A stretch of DNA of 59,274 nucleotides, filler included, from Dugesia japonica (taxonomy: Eukaryota): NCBI GenBank assembly GCA_001938525.1. It is 5 parts of 5 records of this genome, joined end to end, with 100 filler letters (N's around TTAATTAATTAA, not from the genome) between each part and the next. Parts side by side here need not be neighbours in the genome. Positions count along the whole stretch, not along the records: positions 24,066 to 33,677 come from MQRL01595328.1; positions 33,778 to 50,846 come from MQRL01607261.1; 3 more parts are not named here. The stretch is one strand, 5' to 3'. Position numbers and translations under genes: made by a program. Of the stretch, positions 27,800 to 40,416 are shown in pieces (position 1 is the first letter of the stretch; each line of letters begins with the position of its first letter). The notes beneath the pieces are model-generated. The model searched no databases, was not told where the DNA came from, and saw only the letters and a program-made list of their open reading frames with translations.

Positions 27800-28790
27800 A
27801 GCATTCTTTTTAAATATTGTGGAGTCATTGGAATTAATCTCACAATGGCAAGATAGAGATTCTTCTAATAAAGTTGTCATAGTTACGTTATGCTCTTTGT
27901 CCGATATTTTTAGCAATACGGTAACTTTAAGTAGGGTATTACAAAAAAATCAATGGACTAATCTTACGCTAATAACTTGGTAAATAATACTATTGACATT
28001 TTATCAGACAAAAGGGAAAATGCTGTAAGATCGTTTAAAACAATTTCTAATGATGCCATAAGTATTTTAAACGAATTACCAATTGAGATTACGAAACCTT
28101 GAATTGCAAAATACCAGAGAAATAAACCAAAACCAACTAACAAAAATCAACCTAAAATAGGATTTTTACCGAATCAACATATATTTACCTATCGTGGATA
28201 ATATTATTACTGATCTGCAATACAGATTCAATAAAGATACAATGAATTTGTTCAATTTTAACACAATAATACCTAATATTTTATTAACAACTGCCGAAGA
28301 TTTGAATGTCACTTTAAAATCTAAATAAAATTTTGCCTGAAAATACAACATGTGCAATAGCAATTAAGTCTGAAATGGAATTTTGGAAATTACAGTGACA
28401 AAAGAAAAATCAACTTGAAGAACATTTATCAAAAAATGCTTTAGATGCATACTAAGAATGTGACGCCAATATTTACCCCACATAAAAAGTTAGCGTTGCT
28501 TCTTCAGACAGAAGTTTTTCTGCATTGAAAAGGTTAGACTAACAGCAAGACTAACAGGCTTAGTTATATTCCATATTCATAGATATTTGCATATTAATAT
28601 TGACAATAGGTTTGCTGGTAAAGACAGAAAAGTTGATTTTATTATTTAAAAAATATTTTAAATCGTTTTTTTTTGTTATGAAATATCTTAGTTCCAAAGT
28701 TTACAGAATACTTTATTTTTATTTCTTATGTACTATATTCATATTCTTCTTAATTAGCCCCCCTAAACTAGTTGGCTGAAAACGCCCCTA
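27800..28790 (+). mobile_element. Decayed hAT transposon 3' half (P52rIPK/ZMYM1-like transposase)
   Basis: Remnants such as DRDSSNK, LCSLSD, TIDI, SFSALKRL, RLTGL..FHIHR (hAT dimerisation domain). GC-rich terminus ...aaaacgccccta at ~28790. Confidence 0.65.
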
Positions 28791-29505
28791 CTATTTACGC
28801 GTGTTATCGTAAACTAAAGTTACTACTTTTAAAAAGAAAAGTTTATAATCAATCAACTATAAACAATCAATTTCAATTTACCTAGGTACAAGACACCTAT
28901 GCTTATTTCACGCTGGTGGGATATGGCCAACTGCTAAGTAATTTGTTTGTATTGCATTATGTTTTTAATGTTAATTAATTTAGTAGTAATATAATTTAAT
29001 AATCTTTGTTTTGTGGATTCATATTATTTTAGCTTTTGGTTTTGATGTCTAACTCATTAACAATATAGTTTAATTAGAATAATCTAATTAATACATTTTA
29101 GTCGCATTAGTTATGTTTATTGATTTTTATTTTAGTTTATCCCAGTAGATTTAAGTAGAAAATAATAATTGATAATATTTAACCTAATACTCAAATAAAG
29201 GTAACTAGTTAATTCATCCGGTTGAGCGTTGAAATTTTAAATTTAGTGTTGTTTTGAAAATTCTTTATCATGACATTTTGTTATTTAACCATGGACATAA
29301 GCTTAAAAAATAATTCCTATTTCATGTTTTATTTACACTTTTATATTTTACAATTTTGAGGGTTTATGGTTGGTCAAATTATTCCNNNNNNNNNNNNNNN
29401 NNNNNNNNNNNNNNNNNNNNNNNNNNNNNNNNNNNNNNNNNNNNNNNNNNNNNNNNNNNNNNNNNNNNNNNNNNNNNNNNNNNNNNNNNNNNNNNNNNNN
29501 NNNNN

Positions 29506-29980
29506 GTTGTGATGCTAAATGCGAGATATTTTTCCTCTGGCGTTGAAGAGGAAGACTATTAACTGTGCTGCAAAATAAAGCGACAGACTTTAAAAATAAG
29601 TTCTCGTGATTTGCATCATAAGAATAAAGAGATTGATAAAGCAATAGACAGGACCAAGTGAACACACGAAGCTATGGATCAGTTAATAGCGATCCTCTAG
29701 TTGACGATTGTGTGACATGAAACCAAGATAGAAGCCTATGAAGGATCGACCCCTTCTGAAACCCATAACACGGTAATTGATAACATTCAAGTGATCTTTT
29801 CTCAGACACCGGCTATTCACCAATTAACTTTCAAGGATTGTGCCAATATAGACGTGGATTCTTTGATTGTCGAGTCTTGTATAAAGACCAATATATAATC
29901 GTAGTCTAATTTTGAATATCAATAAATGTTAAACGATAAGAGTGTTTTATTAGTTTTCATTTCAGTAAAACTAAGCAACA
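29506..29980 (+). mobile_element. Possible solo LTR
   Basis: Begins (N)GTTGTG and ends GCAACA (TGTTG...CAACA inverted ends); AATAAA at 29921; higher GC than flanks; ~475 bp. The 5' base and TSD are hidden by an N gap. Confidence 0.4.
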
Positions 29981-31598
29981 ATTTATAGTTACAAATTAAA
30001 TAATAGAATAATCAAAGATTAATGTTGATAAATAATTTTATTAAGTAATAAGTATTATCTAATGAGTCAAATTAGATCATAAACAACATGATAAGGGTTT
30101 TCTAGTCGAAAACAGTTGCTTCAATAAAAAAAGTTAAGCCGTGACTTGCCACTTAAATGAAAGAGTTCGTTAACATAAAAAGGAGGGTGTCTGTCGTCGC
30201 GTATTATTGTATTTTACGCCTCCTGCACACCAATATCCTACCGTGATAAGAGCCCAAAATTCGGCAGTCATCGATTTTCTTACGAAGAGTAGTCTGGTAA
30301 AGTGTAAAAGGCCACAGTCAAAAAATAATATTTCGAGGCTCATCATTACATGTGAAAATAGCAAGGAAAAGTAGAATTTAGAGTGTCAAACTTCGCGCCT
30401 ATTGTTGTTTACATAAGTTAGTTTTTCAAGGTTAAAAAATATTAATTTGAGATTAACTTTGAAGCGAGAAAATTCCCATTGTTTAAAAATAAATAATATA
30501 TCAAATTTTAAATTCATGCATGAAATGTGAATATTCACTGCGAAAGTTACGAAGTTTTTTTTTTACTTAAAGGCGTGCAAATTCTCACGTTTAAAAAATA
30601 ATAATTTGAAGTGTGAAAATTCAAGCCTANTCTCATAATTTTTTACATTAAGTTGTTAAGTTTATGTAGTTTTCGTCAATAATTTCAAATCAAAACTTTA
30701 TCAATGACAACAATTTGATTCTTTCAAATTCTTCTGACTTTATCTGAACGTTTACTTTCAAAATTGCCTTTTGCAATTTTTTTCTCCCTTTTAATAATTA
30801 ATTTAATTTATTATATTTATTTAAAAAATATAATTCCAAACTATTTTCAAAAGCTCTAATTAATTTTTTTAAAAATAAAATTAATTTCTTATAATATAAA
30901 TTTGTATTAAAATGTTTATATTAAATATTTACATTCATAAACTTTTAAAAATAAAAAATATTAAAATTAAAAAAATTTTTACAATTAAAATTTTAAAATA
31001 TTTGAAATATTAAAAATTTACGTTTTGGAAAAATATCTAATATTTACTTTTTCAAAAATTTGTCAACTTTTCGTTTATTTCTTTCTTTTCAATATTTCTT
31101 TCAAGTCTTCCAGTTTTCTAATAGATACTGAGTTTATGGTCATGTATAGAGCTATTTTGTTTATGACAGCACTGTGACAAAACAATATAAATTCTACTCG
31201 TTTATAGTATATTTAAAGTATGATTCCGAATTAACAAAATTTTATTTTTTCATAGTGCCTTTGAATTAATTTTGATAAACATTATTTACGGAATAAGCAA
31301 ATATTTTATTATACAATCTCGAGATGCTATGCTAATGCAAGAAATTTTGTCCGGATTAAAAGAATATCCGAATAAAGTGTATTCGGAGTAACCGAAGTTT
31401 ACAGTATTTTTTGAATTTCAATGAATATTATATTTATTTGAAGAATAATTTCCACTTTGAATAAGTTTTTTCGGAAACAAAAAGATTTGAATAAAACTAA
31501 ATGCATATGCAAACTACTTTTTAAAATTAACAAACTTGATGTTTCCTTTAACATTTTGCTAGTTTAATCTCGAATTAAGTATGTGAATAGAAATATTT

Positions 31599-31765
31599 AT
31601 GAATAAATAATATATTTTTTGAATAAATATTATATTTTTTGAATAAATAATATATTTTATGAATAAATAATATATTTCATTAATAAATAATATATTTTAT
31701 GAATAAATAATATATTTCATTAATAAATAAATATGAATAAATAATATAATATAAATAATATATTA
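31599..31765. repeat. 20-bp minisatellite (gaataaataatatatttt(a/t)t), about 8 copies
   Basis: Direct observation. Confidence 0.9.
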
Positions 31766-32086
31766 TAACGGTTTGAATGAATTCTATATAATTAATAAAA
31801 CTAACTGGAATACAATGATCTTAGATTTTTGGATAATTCCAGCTTAAAATTAATCAACATTCTTTGTTGGAGATAATATTCATTAATACGTTCTGTAATA
31901 GAATTATTTATCTCGTCTATTATTCTCGGTCCTATATCAGAATTTTGTCGATTTATGAGCAGTTTCTAAAAAAATTATGATGTTATAAGATTAATCAATT
32001 AAAGTTAGTGTTATATGGCAATTTTTAAATATTCATGTTTGCTTGTGTTGAGATCACTAGTACCTCACTAAATATATACATAACCA

Positions 32087-32123
<37 letters not shown>

Positions 32124-33030
32124 ATAACTAAATATAATATTTGAATCGATTCCCAATCCAATCCAGATCAATCTCAAATGATGCAATAGAAATCTATAAT
32201 TTTGATGCACAAAGTTGTCAGAAACAAGAAACAGATTTAATTGATAATTCATGTGTGAAACTTATGATTAAATTTCTGTGTGAAAAACAAACTTTATTGA
32301 TTTTGTTTTATTTCATTTTAATACTTGTCAGTTTTATACTTAGAGATTTTATTGATTTTGTTTTTTGGAATAATTGATTTTCATTTTATATTAATTAATT
32401 GATAACATCTAGATTGTTTCGGCAAAACACTAATGTAAGTGCCAATTATTTTTATGGATACTTTTATATTCTTTAATTATTTAGTAAATATTTTTATTTT
32501 TAATAAATATTTTTATGTAAATTTTACATAGCATAATTTTATTCTATGTAGGTGTATGTAATAGGTGCTGAGGCCTACAAACCAAAATTAGTATAAATAC
32601 TAATCTGGTTTAGTAGTTTCTCAGTCAAATTTTGTCATCTGGACTCTGACATATGTGGAAAAGTACTCCGGTTTGATTTAAAATAAGCCTGTAAGGTTCT
32701 AAGTGTTCATATATTATTCTATACATCAAAAATAAAATTTTAAAAGTATTATTTTATTTATTTATATAGGAGAGCATACACCATATAACTATATTTATAT
32801 TTTTGATAAAATATTGCTTATATAATAATTGTATCAACATACGAAAGAAAAATAAACACTCATAAATTCATAGACATATTTCATTCAATAGCTACAAAAG
32901 ACGAACCACAAAATCACTTTGTTGCGAAGAAATACCCACCACTTGAATATTTTGTTTATTTCACTATCACAGATTTTATAAATTGTTACTTTTTTGTTAT
33001 GAAAAATTGAATTTATTAATTATGAAAGGT

Positions 33031-33677
33031 ATTACAATCATTGAAAAAAGATTTCACATATTTAAAGACCTTAGATCTTTTTTACACTGACTTTTTCATA
33101 TAAAATTTCCCATTTTGTTTTCAAAGAATTTTCTGGAGCGGAATACTTACAAAAGGTAAAAAAAATCAAAATTCCAAAAAATATTTTAAATAGAATGTAC
33201 TTATGATAAAAATCATTAAAAATATATTGCAAATATAATAAAACTTTTGAAAAAAGTCTGTGAGAAAATAAAATTGTCAAGTTTAACTTAATCCCAGAAT
33301 AAAATTGTGCTAACAAAGTACTTACTAGTAATAAACCTTTAAAAAAGGACTTTGAATCCAAATATTCAGGCCCATAAAAAACGTCGACAAAAACGTCACA
33401 ACCCTAATCATATACGACAAATAAACGAAAGTCAATCTCAAAAGAATAAAATCATACCACACACCTAAAGAAACGAAACACGTTACATTTGATTTATGAA
33501 TTAACAAAGTTATCACAATCATTGAAAAAAGATTTCACGTATCTACAGCTCTTAAGTCTTCTACACTTTAAAAATTTCGCATTTTATTTAATATTTTCTG
33601 AAAGTTTTCAAAGGATTTTTTGAAGCAGAATACTTACAAAAAGTAAAATAAATCTAAATTTCAATAAATATTTTAAA
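33031..33677. repeat. Diverged direct repeat, ~485-bp period
   Basis: acaatcattgaaaaaagatttcac and gaatacttacaaaa.gtaaaa occur at ~33034/33141 and ~33516/33628. Confidence 0.7.
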
Positions 33678-33777
33678 NNNNNNNNNNNNNNNNNNNNNNN
33701 NNNNNNNNNNNNNNNNNNNNNTTAATTAATTAANNNNNNNNNNNNNNNNNNNNNNNNNNNNNNNNNNNNNNNNNNNN
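33678..33777. other. Artificial assembly spacer truncating the Polinton
   Basis: Same 100-nt structure. Confidence 0.95.
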
Positions 33778-33818
33778 AATGTTAGATGATTTATTTTAAA
33801 TGGGTCCCTTTGGGTAAT

Positions 33819-34814
33819 TTATTTTGATTCAAAGTATATTTTAATTTTACTTAAGTTCTTTTCAATTTTTCTAAATGACCAATCTGATTTTAAAACATCT
33901 AAATATTTTCTTGCAAACTGATGAAATCTAATTATTTTATTTATATAATTAATTTTTATGTTTATACCAATTTTATGTAAATGATTTTCCACATCATTAT
34001 TACACTTTAAATTTTTTTTCAATACTTTAAAATAATAACCTAAATAATAATAACTTATTAAAGTAATTCGTTTTCCAATATTAACATTGTTATACCAATA
34101 TTTAATATTATCGTTTAAAGTTACTAAATTTATCTGTAGGTTATTTTCATTTTCTGGAGCTGTTATTACATTTTCTAAATTAAATGTATTAGGAAGAGTT
34201 ATTTCATTATTAATTGATTTTATAAATTCTTTAATTAATTCATCTTCTTCAATATTTTCTTGGATATTTTTATTTCCCAAAGGCACGCGTGCCTTCGAAA
34301 TTATTTCAGTTTTATTTTCAACATTTTCATCTTCTTCAATATTTTCTTGCCGGATATTTTCTTCAACAATTTCTTCTTCTTAAACATTTTCATTTTCTTC
34401 AATATTTTGTACGTAGTCCAGCTCAGCACCTTCTTGCTGGATATTTTCTTCAACATTTTCTTCTTCNNNNNNNNNTTCTTCTTCTTCTATAAATTTTACA
34501 CCTTTAACTTTTTTAACTTTTTGTACGTAGTCCAGCTTAGCGCCTTTAACTTTTACTTCTTCAATTTCTTCTTCAATATTTTCTTCTTCTTCTATAAATT
34601 TTACACCTCTAGCTTTTACATTTTCTTCTTCTATAAATTTTGCACCTCTAGCTTTTTGTACGTAGATAGATACATCATTCCAATATTCTGGTTTTAAATT
34701 ATTTAATCCATTCCATTTACTTGTTAATGGTGAAGATTGTAAAAATATATTAATTTTATATGCACATTGTTTACAACACAATTCACAAATTTCTTTTCTA
34801 AGTTTTTCGTTCAT
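33819..34814 (-). pseudogene. Polinton protein with acidic EEENIEE repeats and a basic helical C-terminal domain (in-frame stop at 34380-34382)
   Basis: Track ORFs 34380-34814 and 33819-34286 are in frame; reading through TAA gives ...ENENV*EEEIVEENIRQENIEEDENVENKTEIISKARVPLGNK... (~330 aa). Confidence 0.75.
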
Positions 34815-34899
34815 CCTTTCTATTTCTTAAATAAAAATTATAATCTTAAGTTGGTAGCATGCTACCAGGTTTCAGATTCCAAGTTTTGACTTTTTTGTG

Positions 34900-35490
34900 T
34901 CATTGTATTCCTAGCTTCGCGCGCATTTCATTTATAACTTTAGTTTGATTTTCAACCAATAATTTTAAATTATCATCTTTAGTTTTTTTATGACCAGAAA
35001 TTAATTCATGAACATCACTAACCCTTTTCTTAGAAATCATTAATTCTTCATCAGTTAAGATTTCATCATTTACTGCTTTCTGTTGAAATAAGAATAATTT
35101 ATTTTTAACACATTCAAGTTTAATTATTAACTTTTCATACTTTTCTTTTCTAGATTTTATTAATGAAGTATTTAATGTTCCAATTACAGGTAAAACGGAA
35201 ATTGCGCCAGTTATAATTGGTATTCCGATTGTTGTAAGCGCAATTCCAACTGGAGTAATTAATACAATTCCGGTGATTCCAATTCCAGCACTAATAAATA
35301 TTTGTGCATATTTTATTCCTGAATCTATTCTATTCCATCTTCTATGTATTTTCTTATAATGTTTAATTTTATCTTTAATATAATAAAGATCATTCTCAAA
35401 ATCTTTAATTCTTGACATTACAAGTTTATTTTTTAAATCTAGGATCGTATAATCTTCATGTAAGCTAGGATATAATTTTTCCGTGTCCAT
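34900..35490 (-). CDS. Polinton/adintovirus two-TM membrane protein (resembles the family labelled 'gasderminX' in adintoviruses)
   Basis: N-terminal LYPSL, basic helix, Gly-rich hydrophobic hairpin (ISAGIGITGIVLITPVGIALTTIGIPIITGAISVLPVIG), then KEKYEKL...KAVNDEILTDEE matching the KKH..I...KAL.D..IS.EEF pattern as I recall it. Confidence 0.65.
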   Translation of the reverse strand: MDTEKLYPSLHEDYTILDLKNKLVMSRIKDFENDLYYIKDKIKHYKKIHRRWNRIDSGIKYAQIFISAGIGITGIVLITPVGIALTTIGIPIITGAISVLPVIGTLNTSLIKSRKEKYEKLIIKLECVKNKLFLFQQKAVNDEILTDEELMISKKRVSDVHELISGHKKTKDDNLKLLVENQTKVINEMRAKLGIQ

Positions 35491-35506
35491 TTCTTAAGTA
35501 AAAACT

Positions 35507-38279
35507 TTAATCTCCTGAAATTCTAATAGTACCAATGTAAATTCCTTTATGTAAAGTTAATTCTATAAAGTTTTTTAAATTTTCATAATAATACAAGTGA
35601 ATGTTAATCTTTTTTGTTCCCATATAATCCACAATAATCTTCCCATTATGTTCATATATAGTATTATTTAATTTAATGGAATATTTAAAATTTCCAGTTT
35701 TATATTGATTACCATAAACTTCAATTAATAAATGTTTTATAGGTGAAATTAGCTTTATAGAAACAACAAATGATTCTTCAAGATAAAACTGTGTATCATT
35801 TTTTATTACATCTTTTCTTTTAAAATCTATTCTTTCTACTTTTTCATTAATACAATAATAAGGAACACTTTTTTTATTATCATGTACACTTAAAGCAAAT
35901 ATATATCTAGTAACATGCTCACAATTAAGTGGAAGGAAATTGTCAAATATTTCTTTTATACTTTTTATTGTTAACTCTTCTCCATTTTCAATATATTCTT
36001 TCATCAATAGATCAATTCTTTTAATTTGAACATTATGAAGTTCTGGTTTTATTCTTTTATATTCTTTAATTATTTTATATGAAATTTTNTATGTAATAAT
36101 TTTAATATTTAAATNCATTAAATAAATTCCTTTTGGTAAAATTATTTGTATAAAATTTATATTATTATCTTTTAAAATTTCAGTGTTTTCTCTATAAATG
36201 CTAACAAGATTATCATTAGGTTTAAAATAAAAATATGTTGATGTAATATTATTAATTTTATTGATATAAGTAAATTTTGTAACTTCACAAAAACCATCTA
36301 TACTTATACCAACTTTACTATTTAATTTNNNNNNNNNNNNNNNNNNNNNNNNNNNNNNNNNNNNNNNNNNNNNNNNNNNNNNNNNNNNNNNNNNNNNNNN
36401 NNNNNNNNNNNNNNNNNNNNNNNNNNNNNNNNNNNNNNNNNNNNNNNNNNNNNNNNNNNNNNNNNNNNNNNNNNNNNNNNNNNNNNNNNNNNNNNNNNNN
36501 NNNNNTAGGTGTATTTGAATATGGTAAGTAATTATCAATTAAATGTTTTATATTTTTAGTGTCATATGTTTTAGATAAATTATTAAATTTATTAACAAAC
36601 ATTTTATGGAGGTATGGTTTTATTATTTCAAATTCTTTAGTTAAATCTTCATAAATTTTAAAAGTACTCAATTTAATAACTACGCTCTTTAATTTAAATT
36701 CATTTACAAAAATTATTTCAATGTAATTTATTTTTGTTTCTTTATTAATTTCAGTGCTTTCACGATAAATTTTAACATTTCTATCTTCAGGTGTAACATG
36801 ATCCATTACTAATGCCATATTATTAATTTTAATGGTGTAAAGAAATTTTACAATATCACATTTATCCTCAATATATATACAAACTTTTTCTTTAATATCT
36901 GTATGTAAAACAATAGAATTTTTTGTAAATTTAAAATTAGTTACATGATCACTAATATGAGATTGATTGTTGTTAAATGTTAATATTGTATTGTTATTTG
37001 GTAAAAAAACATAAGGTTTGTAATTATCAAAAATTTCTCTTAAAGCTTTGAAATTATAAGTTTTAAATAAAACATTAATTTTATCAATATCTATTTTATG
37101 AAATTTTTTCATTTCATATTCTTTAGTTAATTTCTTTAACATTTCTAATTTATAAAAATTAATAGATAATTCAAGTAAATAAACATCTGGTAAAGTTATT
37201 GAAATATAATTAATAATGGTTTCACTGCTTTCATAATAAATTTCAAAATCATTATCATCATCTTTAAGTACATGATAAAAAAATGATTGTGAAATATTAT
37301 TAATTTTAATGTTATAAGTAAATGATACATGTGTATGTTTACCTTCCATATTTATAATAATTTTTTCATTAATGTTTTTTGTGTATAAAATAATAGATTT
37401 TATGAAATCTTTAGTTCTTTTAAAATCAAAATTATAAAAATATTTTTGGTTTAAACCATATTTAAGAATTGTATGACCATAAAGGAAAAATATAACGTTT
37501 TCAACACGACTAGCATAAGAAAAGTAATTATCAATCATTTCTCTTAATTTTGTAAGTGTTGAATTTGAAAGTGTTTCTTTATATTTTTTAAATAAAACAT
37601 AAATTCTATCACTATATATTTTATGTTGTTTTTCATTTACTATTTTAATTTTTTTAGTTAATTTTAAAATTATAGGTTTAAATTTTCCTATATAGATTTT
37701 AAGATTAACAATAGAAGTTATTTGGTTGTCAAATGTTTTCTTATCTAAATCAGCATCTAAAATATTAATTGTTCTTTTTATTATCTCAATTTCTTTTTTA
37801 AATTTTTCACACAAATCTCCATCATTAACTATTATTTTTAATTTAATAATTAAATCACTTCTTTTAAATGGAAAAAGTTCTGCTTTAAATCTTTTGATAT
37901 CATAATCTATTTTATCAAATGTTTCTTTTTTACAATTTTTATTATTTATACTTTTCACATCAACATTTAACATTTTTAATTCATCAGCTTTAGATTGTAA
38001 ATTTAATTTGTTAGATGTAAAATTATCAATCTTTAATAATTTTGAGAATATTAATTCATGTTTCTGTATTTTATCTTCAAGTTGTTTTATATATTTTAAA
38101 TTAACAGCACCTGATAGATCTATGGGATCTTCTGTTATTTTTAAAGATGATATTTTATCACCTGTTTCATTTACAAATTTATTTTCATTTTGTGCATCTG
38201 AAATTTTAAGTTTAGCATCAACAGTTTTTAATATTTGTGTAGTATCTCCAGCATTAACACTTGTTCCAAAATTATTCAT
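35507..38279 (-). CDS. ~920-aa putative fibre/attachment protein with four tandem ~165-190-aa repeats
   Basis: Two track ORFs joined across the N gap 36329-36504. N-terminal FVNETGD...DPIDLSGAVNLKY resembles fibre/trimeric-adhesin neck motifs; repeats begin at ~37625, 37100, 36608 and 36037. Confidence 0.6.
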
Positions 38280-38703
38280 TCTGCGCTATTTCTTTATATA
38301 AATTTTTCATCTCTAAAATTATCTCAGTGAACTCGCTTGGGTCAAGTTTATATAAAAAATAAATACATAAGATTCCACATATTTCAGTACCAAAATGTTG
38401 AACTTGAATTTTATTATATTTCTTTAACCCAGAGGGAACCGTGACTTTTTCAATTTCTTCTAAAGGTTTTAAACCAAAAGATTCAAAATAATAACCTTTG
38501 GTATAACATGTCCAATGTGTTCCTTTTTGATTTGAATTTTGATAATTAAACATATAATTCATGTTTAAGTCTAATATGTTAGGTGTCTCATTTTTCATAT
38601 AAATCTCTAATGGTATTTCTAAAAAGTTTGCAATTGAATATAAATCAAAATTTGTAGTTGTGTTGATTCCAAATGTTTTTAAGAAATCTAATAATGAATA
38701 CAT
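38272..38703 (-). CDS. Adenain-like cysteine maturation protease
   Basis: GTHWTC (catalytic His), YFESFG (acidic residue), QVQ...ICGILC (Gln and catalytic Cys). Overlaps the next gene start by 8 nt. Confidence 0.9.
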   Translation of the reverse strand: MYSLLDFLKTFGINTTTNFDLYSIANFLEIPLEIYMKNETPNILDLNMNYMFNYQNSNQKGTHWTCYTKGYYFESFGLKPLEEIEKVTVPSGLKKYNKIQVQHFGTEICGILCIYFLYKLDPSEFTEIILEMKNLYKEIAQNE

Positions 38704-38716
38704 CTTTATCTCTTTC

Positions 38717-39379
38717 TTAAAGTCGATATTTACGTAAATGAACTAAAATTGTAATTGTTTCTTTATTAAAATCTATTGTGTTAAAATTTTCATCCATAAT
38801 NNNNNNNNNNNNNNNNNNNNNNNNNNNNNNNNNNNNNNNNNNNNNNNNNNNNNNNNNNNNNCTTTCTACTATTTTATATCCAAAAGGAACTGTATTAATT
38901 GGAAATGAATATAAAAGATTAATATTTTTAGTTTCGCCATTAGATTTTACATAATTACCTTTAACAATATTACAAGTTATATTTATCGCATTAATATTTG
39001 AAATATTAACTTTATTATCTAAATAATAATTTCCTGGTTCATAAGTTTTTGGTTTAAAACCTAAAATTGTATGAAAGAAAGATTTATTATCAAAAGTTAA
39101 AACNTTTTTTAATTTAATGTTACATTTTGAAGTTGCTGTATCTGGTATAATTTCTATTCCATGTTTTTCTAAACGAATTGAAATTTATTTTACTTCATAT
39201 GCTCCAGGTTCTAAACTTGTTGTGTTAAATTTATTATTATTATTGGTAACATTAAAAATAATATTGTAACATGAAAAATATAATAATCCAAGTTCATACT
39301 CTGAATCTAATTTTATAGGATAATTTAAATTTATTTTTAAATCTTCTTCTGTTCCAACCACTAAGAATTGATGCGACAT
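38717..39379 (-). pseudogene. Minor capsid protein (penton), in-frame stop at 39185-39187
   Basis: Manual read-through: ...YPIKLDSEYELGLLYFSCYNIIFNVT...EPGAYEVK*ISIRL...ILGF...NISNINAINITCNIVKGNY...LLYSFPINTVPFGYKIVE-[gap]-IMDENFNTIDFNKETITILVHLRKYRL*, the typical Polinton/adintovirus penton pattern. Confidence 0.85.
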
Positions 39380-40400
39380 TTATTTATTATAATATTTAGA
39401 TTTATATTTTTTATAAATCTTGTTAGATATTAAACCATGAGTTTTTAATTTTTTACAAACGCTCTTAATTTCTTCATTAAGATTATTATGTCCAGATTTT
39501 GCTGCAGAAATTAATAATGTTTACTTTTCAAATAATCCTATCGGCCCAGAGGGACCCATTTTCACTCCTTTACCTACCAATTTTTCCAAACTTTTTTGTC
39601 TACCTCTTTGTTTTTGGTTTTTTATTTTTCTTAAAAAATTACAATATTCATCATCTTCAGTTGCTTTTACCAATTTTAAATACATTTCAATATAATTTTT
39701 TGTTTGTTGATCTGGCTTTATACTTTCTTTATTTCCTAAAATTATATTTGTTAAAATATCACTAAATGCATGAGTTTCACCACCAATATTAAAATAAGCA
39801 AAATTTCCCCTTTTATATAAAAATATCTCATTATCATTTTCAGGAAATTTTAATGTTAAGAATTTTTTATCAGCTTCTCCTTTTAAACCAACATTTGTAT
39901 AAAACATTTGTGGTGTTGTTAAATATGTTAATGCATTTTCTTTAATTTTAAAATCTTCATTAAAAACAATTGGTTTTATATCATCTTTCCTTAATATTTC
40001 AAATTTTTTATCTGTGCTTTCTTCTTCTTCTTTTATTATTAGTTCTTCTTTATCTTTTATTATTGCTTTATCTTTTATTATTGGTTCTTTTATCATTAAT
40101 TGTTTTGGTATTTGTGCGGTGATTTTTGGTTCTAATACAAGTTTTTCTAATGCATTTATTGTTGGTTGTTGTAAAACTGATAAGTTACTTTGTAAATTTT
40201 TATAATCAAGANNNNNNNNNNNNNNNNNNNNNNNNNNNNNNNNNNNNNNNNNNNNNNNNNNTTATTGTTGGTTGTTGTAAAACTGATAAGTTACTTTGTA
40301 AATTTTTATAATCAAGAACTTTACTACAAAAAAAAATATTATATTTTTCTTGAGCTTTAATTAAATCTTTTAATACTTTAATTCTTTCATTAACTTCCAT
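39380..40400 (-). pseudogene. Conserved uncharacterised Polinton protein (DP..L..RL.LL.AS..AGN...NEI family), in-frame stop at 39521-39523
   Basis: Read-through gives GKGVKMGPSGPIGLFEK*TLLISAAKSGHNNLNEEIKSVCKKLKTHGLISNKIYKKYKSKYYNK*; the stop abuts the penton ATG. The 5' part spans an overlap-type assembly gap at 40212-40261. Confidence 0.75.
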
Positions 40401-40416
40401 TTCTTATAAAAATATT

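Noticed and set aside
31075-32377. Possible exons (e.g. 31805-31965 minus; 32141-32377 plus)
   Set aside because: Short open segments with conflicting strands and internal stops; no family recognisable without transcript data.
34087-34697. Plus-strand Phe/Ser-rich ORFs (also 38008-38301, 39499-39765, 40014-40311)
   Set aside because: Antisense shadows of Glu/Lys-rich minus-strand Polinton genes.
40126-40320. ~56-bp direct duplication flanking the N gap in the Polinton
   Set aside because: Identical sequence on both sides of a gap indicates unmerged overlapping contig ends.
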